48,443 nt of DNA from positions 1 through 48,443 of IMG/VR virus record IMGVR_UViG_3300026825_000027. One strand, 5' to 3'. This document shows positions 41,169 through 48,443 of this stretch, piece by piece (positions within the stretch are counted from its first letter, which is position 1; every line of letters starts with the position of its first letter). The DNA comes from a virus (Duplodnaviria > Caudoviricetes). Below the pieces are notes generated by a model. That model was given only the letters and a program-made list of their open reading frames with translations, was not told the origin of the DNA and did not search any database. A program made the position numbers and the translations under genes.

Positions 41169-42049
41169 AGGCAATATCGCCCGCGCTGCAGGCCCATCTG
41201 GACGAAGGCACGACGACGCTGGCCTGGTGCTGGCGCATCACCCGTGCCGATGGGATGACCTTCGGCTTCACCGACCATGACCGGACCCTCACCTTCGACA
41301 GCACCGAGTTCGAGCCGGAAAGCGGGCTGACGGCGTCCGAGGTGCGCTCGGGCTCCGACCTGTCCGTCGACGCGCAGGACGCGCAAGGCGTGCTGTCCTC
41401 TGACCGGATCACGGAGACCGACATCCTCGACGGCAGATGGGACAATGCGGCGGTCGAGGTCTGGCGGGTGAACTGGGCCAGCCCTGCGCAGCGTGTGCTG
41501 TTGCGGCGCGGCGCCATCGGCCAGATCCGGCGCGGGCGGCTCGCCTTCGTGGCGGAGGTCCGATCGCTGGCCCACGTTCTCGGCCAGACGGTCGGGCGGA
41601 CATTCCAGGCGAGCTGCGATGCCGCGCTGGGCGATGCGCGCTGCGGCGTGAACCTCGAGGCCCCGGCGTTCAAGGGCACCGGAACGGTCATCGATGTACT
41701 GCGCGACCGGGCCTTCACCGCTTCCGGCCTTGGCACCTTTGCCGCGGGCTGGTTCGCCTTCGGCCTGGTCGAATGGAACAGCGGCGCGAATGCCGGGCGG
41801 CGGGTCGAGGTGTTGTCCCACGACCTCGTCGACGGCGTGGCGATCCTGACCCTGCTGGAAGCACCGGTGCGCCCGATCACGGCGACAGACGCCTTCGTGG
41901 TCCGCGCGGGCTGCGACAAGCGCCTCACCACTTGCGGGTCGAAGTTCGCCAACGTCGCCAACTTCCGCGGCTTCCCGCACATCCCCGGCCAGGATGCCGT
42001 ACTGCGCTACGCCACCAAGGACGGCGGCCATGACGGAGCTGTGCTGTGA
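41165..42049 (+). CDS. Baseplate hub protein, DUF2163 (RcGTA g13-like)
   Basis: GFTDHDR, CDAALGDARC, GCDK..C..KF.N..NFRGFPHIPG. Confidence 0.9.
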   Translation: MKAISPALQAHLDEGTTTLAWCWRITRADGMTFGFTDHDRTLTFDSTEFEPESGLTASEVRSGSDLSVDAQDAQGVLSSDRITETDILDGRWDNAAVEVWRVNWASPAQRVLLRRGAIGQIRRGRLAFVAEVRSLAHVLGQTVGRTFQASCDAALGDARCGVNLEAPAFKGTGTVIDVLRDRAFTASGLGTFAAGWFAFGLVEWNSGANAGRRVEVLSHDLVDGVAILTLLEAPVRPITATDAFVVRAGCDKRLTTCGSKFANVANFRGFPHIPGQDAVLRYATKDGGHDGAVL

Positions 42050-42480
42050 AGGCCGCCGATCCTGCCCGCGTCATCTCCGCTGCCCGGTCCTGGCTGGGAA
42101 CGCCCTATCACGACCAGGCCAGCCTTCGCAGGGTCGGCTGCGATTGTCTCGGCCTGGCACGGGGCGTCTGGCGCGACTTGGTCGGGCCGGAGCCGTTCCC
42201 GATCCCGCCCTACAGCCGCGACTGGGGCGAGACCGGGCCGCACGAGGTGCTGGCGGAGGGCGCACGCCGCATGATGCCGGAGATCGCACCCGCCGATGCG
42301 CCACCCGGTGCGCTGATCCTGTTCCGCATGGTGCCGCGCGCCATCGCCAAGCATGTGGGCATCCTCGCCAGTCCCGACACCTTCCTGCATGCCTACGAGC
42401 GGCTGGGCGTGATCGAGGAACCGCTGACGCCCGTCTGGCGACGCCGCATCGCCTTCGCCTTCCTGTTCCCTGCACGCTGA
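42046..42480 (+). CDS. NlpC/P60 peptidase (RcGTA g14-like)
   Basis: WLGTPY, GCDCLGL, KHVGI, FLHAY. Confidence 0.9.
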   Translation: MKAADPARVISAARSWLGTPYHDQASLRRVGCDCLGLARGVWRDLVGPEPFPIPPYSRDWGETGPHEVLAEGARRMMPEIAPADAPPGALILFRMVPRAIAKHVGILASPDTFLHAYERLGVIEEPLTPVWRRRIAFAFLFPAR

Positions 42481-42489
42481 GATTTCATC

Positions 42490-45400
42490 ATGGCCACGCT
42501 CGTCCTCGGCGCTGTCGGTTCCGCCATCGGCGGGGCTTTCGGCGGCGCGATCCTCGGCTTCTCCGGGGCCGCTATCGGCGGCTTCATCGGATCCACCATC
42601 GGTTCGGTCGTGGACAGCTGGATCGTGTCCTCGCTGGCGCCTGCGCAGAAGATCGAAGGGCAACGGCTCGACAGCTTGCGGATCACCTCCGCCACCGAGG
42701 GGGCAATCATCCCGCGCCTCTACGGTCGCATGCGGATCGGCGGCAACATCATATGGGCCACGGACTTTCGGGAGGAAACGAAGACCACGACGCAAGGCGG
42801 TGGCAAGGGCGGCGGCGGCAAGGTCCGGACGACCGAGTATCTGTACTACGCCAGCTTTACTACGCCAGCTTTGCGGTCGCCCTGTGCGAAGGACCGATCA
42901 CCGGCATCGGCCGCGTCTGGGCCGACGGCAAGCCGCTCGACATGACCGGCATCACCTGGCGCTGGTATCCGGGGAACGAAACCCAGACCGCCGACCCGTT
43001 CATCTCCGCGAAGATGGGTGCCGCCAACACGCCCGCCTATCGCGGCACCGCCTATGTCGTCTTCGAGGAACTGCCGCTTTCCACTTACGGCAACCGCCTG
43101 CCGCAGCTGTCCTTCGAGGTCTTCCGGCCGCTCGCGGATCCCGACACCGCCGAAGGGCTGGTGAAAGCGGTGACGATTATCCCGGCCTCGGGCGAGTTCA
43201 CCTATGCGACGGAGGCTGTGCGCAAGACGGTCGGGGCGACGACCACCATCTTCGGCCAGACGACAGGCGGCACGACCTCGGCCGAGAACCTGAACGCGCT
43301 GCCGGATGAAGCCGATATCGTCGTGGCCCTCGATCGGCTGCAGGCCATGGCCCCGGCCGTCGAGAGCGTCAGCCTGGTCGTCGCCTGGTTCGGCAATGAC
43401 CTGCGCGCGGGGAACTGCACGATCAAGCCCGGCGTCGAGGTGGCGACCAAGGTGACCAGCCCGAAGGTCTGGTCCGTGAATGGCGTGGTTCGGGCGAATG
43501 CGCATCTGGTCAGCCGAGATGCCGAGGATCGGCCGGTCTATGGCGGCACGCCCGCGGATTTCGCGGTGGTGCAGGCGATCCGCGAGATGAAGGCGCGCGG
43601 GCTGCGCGTAACCTTCTATCCGTTCCTGCTGATGGACGTGCCGCCCGGCAATACGCTGCCGAACCCCTACAGCGCCAACGCTGCCACACCGGGCCAGCCC
43701 AGCTTCCCCTGGCGGGGCAGGATCACCTGCTCCCCTGCGCCGGGATATGCGGGGACCGCGGACAAGACCGCCGCCGCGGCGACGCAGGTCTCGGCCTTCT
43801 TCGGCGCGGCCACCCCGGCGCAGTTTGCCGTATCGGGCGACAATGTCACCTGGACCGGTCCCGCCGACGACTGGGGCCTGCGCCGGATGTTCCTGCACTA
43901 CGCCCATCTCTGCGCGGTGGCAGGCGGGGTCGATGCCTTCCTGATCGGCAGCGAGATGCGCGGGCTGACCACGATCCGCTCCAGCGCCAGCGCCTATCCG
44001 GCCGTCACGGCCTTCAAGGCGCTGGCGGCGGACGTGAAGGCGGTCCTCGGGTCGGGCACCAGGGTGGGCTATGCCTCCGACTGGTCGGAGTATTTCGGCC
44101 ACCAGCCGGGCGACGGCAGCGGTGACGTCTATTTCCACCTTGATCCGCTCTGGTCGGATGCGAACATCGATTTCATCGGCATCGACAACTACATGCCGCT
44201 CTCCGACTGGCGCGACGGGTTCGATCATGCCGACGCCCTGCAGGGCTGGCCCGCGATCCATGACCGGGCCTACCTGCAGGCCAACATTGCGGGCGGCGAG
44301 GGCTTCGACTGGTTCTACGCCAGCGCGGGCGACCGGTCGGCACAGATCCGGACCCCGATCACCGACGGTGCCGCAGGCAAGCCTTGGGTGTTCCGCTAGA
44401 AGGATCTGCGGGCCTGGTGGTCCAACCCGCATTTCGACCGACCGGGCGGGATCGAAAGCGGCGCGCCCACGTCATGGGTGCCGCAGTCGAAACCCGTCTG
44501 GTTCACGGAACTGGGCTGCCCGGCCATCGACCGGGGCACGAACCAGCCGAACGTGTTCTTCGACCCGAAGTCGTCCGAGAGCTTCACGCCGTATTTCTCC
44601 CGCGGCTGGCGCGACGATGCGATCCAGCGCGCCTATCTCGAGGCCAGTTACCTGTGGTGGGGCGAGGCAGCGAACAACCCGACCTCATCCGTCTATGGCG
44701 GCCGGATGGTGCATGTCCCCGAATGCGCCGCCTGGACCTGGGACGCGCGGCCCTATCCGTTCTTCCCCGAACTGACCGGGGTCTGGACCGACGGCCCGAA
44801 CTGGCGGCTCGGTCACTGGCTGACCGGACGGCTGGGTGCGGTGTCATTAGCCGCGCTCGTGCGCCATCTCTGCCTGCGCGCAGGGCTTGATGAGGCGTTA
44901 ATCGACGTCTCATGCCTCTGGGGTGCAGTCGAAGGCTATGTGATCGGCGCGCTGGAAAGCCCGCGCGCGTCGATTTCGACGCTGGCCCGGCACTTCGGAT
45001 TCGATGCCATCGAGACCGAAGGCGTGATCCGCTTCGTCATGCGCGGGCGAGCATCGAGCCTCACCTTGACGGTGGATGATCTCGTCGCCAGCCGTGAGAG
45101 CGAGGCGTTCGAACTGACCCGCGGCCAGGAGACCGAACTGCCACAGGCGCTGAAGTGGCAGGTCGCCCGCGCGGACGAGGACTATGACGCGGCGCTGGTG
45201 GAAGCGCGCCGCATCACCGTCGACGCGACGCGCATCGCCGCGGAAAGCTTCCCGATGGCGATCCCACCCGAGGAGGCCGAGCGCCGTTGCCGACGCGCGC
45301 TGATGGAAGCCTGGATCGGCCGGGAAAGCGCCACCTTACGCCTGCCGCCTTCGCGGCTGGCCCTCGATCCGGCCGACGTAATCCGGCTGGCGCATGATGG

Positions 45401-46499
45401 CCGCGAGGTGGAATTCCGTCTCGTCTCGGTGGCCGATGCAGAAGCGCGCGGGATCGAGGCGGTGCGTCAGGACCGTGCCGCTTATGACCTGCCGCCCGGC
45501 GATCCGCGGCCCGCTTCGCTCGCCAGCCCCGTTGTCTTCGGGACGCCGGAGGTGGTGATGCTGGACATCCCGCAGATTTCGGAAGATCAGCCCGCGCATC
45601 GCCCCCTGATCGCCACCCATGCCAGCCCCTGGCCCGGCGAGATCGCGGTCTTCCGCAGCGCCTCGACGGATGGGTTTTCGTTGCTGACCACATTCGGCAG
45701 TCGGGCCCGGATCGGCACGCTGGCCTTCGACTTCTTTCCGGGCCCGACGTCGCGCTTCGATCTGGGCAATGCGCTGGTGGTCGATCTCCTGTCCGGAACG
45801 CTGGAAAGCGTGACCGAAGTCGCGCTGTTCGGCGGGGCCAATGCGCTTGCGGTCGAGTCCGCAGCAGGGATGTGGGAGATCATCCAAGCCGGGGCCGCCG
45901 AACTGATCGCCCCCGGCCGATACCGTTTGACTCGCCTGTTGCGCGGCCAGCGCGGGACGGAACAGGCCATGGGCAATCCGGCCCCAGCCGGGGCGCGGGT
46001 GGTGGTGCTGGATGCCGCGCTTTCGGCGCTGCCCATCGCCGAGGCCGATCTCGGTCTGCCCTGGAACTGGCGGGTGGGCCCGGCCGCACGGGCGGTGAGC
46101 GACGACAGTTACGCCGCGCTGGGCTTCACCCCGACCGGGCGGGGCCTTGTCCCCTTCGCCCCGGTCCATGTCGAACAGCCGTGGCGAACGGCGCGCAGCC
46201 CGGGCGATCTGACCATCCGCTGGACGCGGCGGTCCCGCGCGCTGGTCGCCGATGCCTGGGAACAGGTCGAGGTGCCGCTGGCTGAAGACGTTGAGTCCTA
46301 CGAGGTGCCGATCCTCGACGGGACGGCCGTCAAGCGCACGCTGACCAGCAGCACGACCTCCGTCCTCTACACCGCCGCCCAGCAGACCACTGATTGGGGC
46401 GCACCGCTCGGGCCCGGCCAGACGCTGGTGATCCGCATCTTCCAGCTCTCGAACCGCCTCGGCCGCGGCACGCCCGCCGCGGTCACGCTGCAATTCTGA
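42490..46499 (+). pseudogene. Multidomain baseplate/host-specificity protein (RcGTA g15 'megatron'-like), frameshift plus nonsense
   Basis: PRLYGRMRIGGN start; 14-bp duplication at 42844-42871 shifts the frame; TIM-barrel IGSEM and GIDNYMPL; in-frame TAG at 44397-44399; continues WFTELGCPA to 46499. Confidence 0.88.
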
Positions 46500-46520
46500 T
46501 CCCAACCCACGGGAACTCAA

Positions 46521-48443
46521 ATGTCCGACACCACGACCCATCTGGGCCTGCCCTACCTCCTGGCCGCCCAAGCCCAGAAGCATGTCACGCATAACGAGGC
46601 CTTGCGCCTGCTCGACGCGATGGTGCAGCTCTCGGTCCTCGACCGCACGCGCACCGCGCCTCCGGCGAGCCCGGCGGACGGCAACCGCCATCTGGTGGCC
46701 TCTGGCGCGACTGGCCTCTGGGCGGGGTGGGATCTGAACATCGCCTTCTGGGTGGACGGCGCGTGGATCCGGCTGGTGCCGCGCATCGGCTGGCTCACTT
46801 GGGTCGCGGCCGAGGGCCTGTTACTCGTCTGGACCGGCAGCACCTGGGAAGTGGTGGGCGAGCCACGCGACGTGTCGGACGCCGTGTTCAGCCTGGTGAA
46901 CGATGCGGACCCCACGAAGAAGGCGACCTTCTCGCTCGCAGCGATCAGCGCTGGAACCACCCGCAGCTTCACCCTGCCGAACACGTCTTCGGAACTGGCG
47001 ATCCTTGCAGGCACGCAAACCTTCACCGGCAACAAGACGTTTTCGGGGACGCTGACCGCCTCCGGGACGGTAACCACGTCCGGAGCAACAGCCACCATCG
47101 GGACGGCAACCGGCACCGCGACCTACGGCATGGGCACCGGGGCCACGACCAGCGGCACGACCAAGACCCTGAACCTTGGCACCAGCGGCGCATCCGGATC
47201 GACCACCGTCGTCAACATCGGCTCGGCGACGGCAGGGGCCGGGGGCACCACGGTGGTGAACACGCCGACGGTGACCTTCGCCAATGCCGTGACGCAGGTC
47301 GGCATGCCGCAGGCGAACCTGACCGCGCAACTGCTTGGCCTCGGCGGGGCGACGGCCGACAGCTACAATCGGCTGTCCGTGAACACCCCGGCTGTGCTGT
47401 TGAACAATGCGGGCGCTGGGATCGAAGCGACGGTGAACAAGGCCGCGGCTGGCAATGACGCCGCCTTCGCCTTCAAGACCGGCTTCTCCTCCCGCGCCCT
47501 GATCGGCCTTCTCGGCAACGACGACTTCAGCTTCAAGGTCAGCCCGGACGGGTCGGCCTTCTTCGATGCGATCAGAATCGACCGCACCAGCGGCCAGTTG
47601 GAACTGCCGCAGCCGACCGTTCTGCCGGGGCTCTCGGCCGCGCCGACCCCGCCGCCTGCAGGCAAGGCCGCCGTCTATGCACGAAACCGCGCAGGCGCTC
47701 CGTGGATCGACGTCATGCGCCCCTCGGGGCGGGACTTCCCGCTGCAGCCGCATTTCGGGGTGAACCGGATCGCGAACTGGGCGCCCTCGACCGGCACGAC
47801 GATCACCAGCGAAGGCCTGCCGATCACCTCGGTCGGCACCGTGTCGCACCCGACGCTGGCCGCCACGAACCTTGCAGCCTCGATGCGCCGCTGGCGTCTG
47901 ACCTCGGCGGCCGTGGCGGACTCGGTCGCCGACCAGCGATCCGCGGGCTGGGCCTGCTGGCGCGGCAACGCGGCGGGCCTCGGCGGCTGGACCTTCGTGA
48001 CCCGGATTTCGCTCACGACCCTGCAGGCCACCGGCATGGGGTTCTTCGGCCTCTACGGCTCAACCGCCGCGCTGGCGACCACGCTGACGCTGGCCGCGGC
48101 CATCAACTGCATCGGCATCGGCTTCCAGCGCGGGACGCACACCCGTTGGCAACTGGTCGCGAACGACGGCACCGGGGCGCCGACGCTGACCGACATGGGA
48201 GCAAGCTTCGCCATCGCCACGGGCGGCGTGCTGACCCTGTTCATCGCCGCCCCGCCGAACGGATCATCCGTCTGGGTGCGCGTCGTCGACGAGGTCTCCG
48301 GCGCGATTTTCGAGCAGGAGATCACCGCCGACCTGCCCGCTGCGACGCAATTCCTGTCGCCGCGGCTATTCATGAACACCGGCGCAACGGCCGCCGCCGT
48401 CGCCTACGACTGCGCCGGGGTCTACGTCGAGACGGATTTCTGA
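46521..48443 (+). CDS. DUF2793-domain tail fibre/receptor-binding protein
   Basis: LPYLLAAQAQKHVTHNEALRLLD N-terminus, Thr/Gly-rich shaft, FKVSPDG; ends with TGA at the window edge. Confidence 0.85.
   Translation: MSDTTTHLGLPYLLAAQAQKHVTHNEALRLLDAMVQLSVLDRTRTAPPASPADGNRHLVASGATGLWAGWDLNIAFWVDGAWIRLVPRIGWLTWVAAEGLLLVWTGSTWEVVGEPRDVSDAVFSLVNDADPTKKATFSLAAISAGTTRSFTLPNTSSELAILAGTQTFTGNKTFSGTLTASGTVTTSGATATIGTATGTATYGMGTGATTSGTTKTLNLGTSGASGSTTVVNIGSATAGAGGTTVVNTPTVTFANAVTQVGMPQANLTAQLLGLGGATADSYNRLSVNTPAVLLNNAGAGIEATVNKAAAGNDAAFAFKTGFSSRALIGLLGNDDFSFKVSPDGSAFFDAIRIDRTSGQLELPQPTVLPGLSAAPTPPPAGKAAVYARNRAGAPWIDVMRPSGRDFPLQPHFGVNRIANWAPSTGTTITSEGLPITSVGTVSHPTLAATNLAASMRRWRLTSAAVADSVADQRSAGWACWRGNAAGLGGWTFVTRISLTTLQATGMGFFGLYGSTAALATTLTLAAAINCIGIGFQRGTHTRWQLVANDGTGAPTLTDMGASFAIATGGVLTLFIAAPPNGSSVWVRVVDEVSGAIFEQEITADLPAATQFLSPRLFMNTGATAAAVAYDCAGVYVETDF

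Noticed and set aside
39081-46499. Bona fide gene transfer agent cluster
   Set aside because: Integrase, replication genes, GpA terminase, lambda-type head and long tape measure indicate a prophage
46521-48443. Diversity-generating retroelement or invertible tail fibre
   Set aside because: No reverse transcriptase, TR/VR pair or invertase within the window; the region beyond cannot be seen

Overview
GC-rich alphaproteobacterial (Rhodobacteraceae-like) DNA. Almost the whole window is one probably cryptic siphovirus-type prophage that begins at a duplicated 3' half of tRNA-fMet (219-265) and runs off the right edge. An IS3-family element starts just outside it on the left. Order: Gabija-like defence pair (gajB has an in-frame amber); tyrosine integrase; a convergent 200-aa putative regulator preceded by two alphaproteobacterial LexA boxes (no CI repressor seen); early operon (xis-like HTH, VRR-NUC, replication protein with internal iterons, C5 methyltransferase with a second protein overprinted in the +1 frame, Q-position ORF); ~9.5 kb of cargo (type I R-M with two unknown genes and a NYN RNase behind a structured, terminated leader between hsdS and hsdR, a Cys-rich secreted protein, a DEDDh-BRCT exonuclease); cos-like repeats; two ParB-fused methyltransferases; lambda-like terminase/head genes; antisense morons (PD-(D/E)XK nuclease, higBA); tail genes with a -1 frameshift chaperone; lysis genes inside an RcGTA-like tail-tip module whose large baseplate gene is broken twice; DUF2793 tail fibre. 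Best novelty candidates: the LexA-to-activator-to-34-bp-repeat induction circuit, the leader RNA plus NYN RNase inside the R-M operon, and the overprinted two-subunit methyltransferase. All family calls are by motif recognition by eye; no database searches were run.
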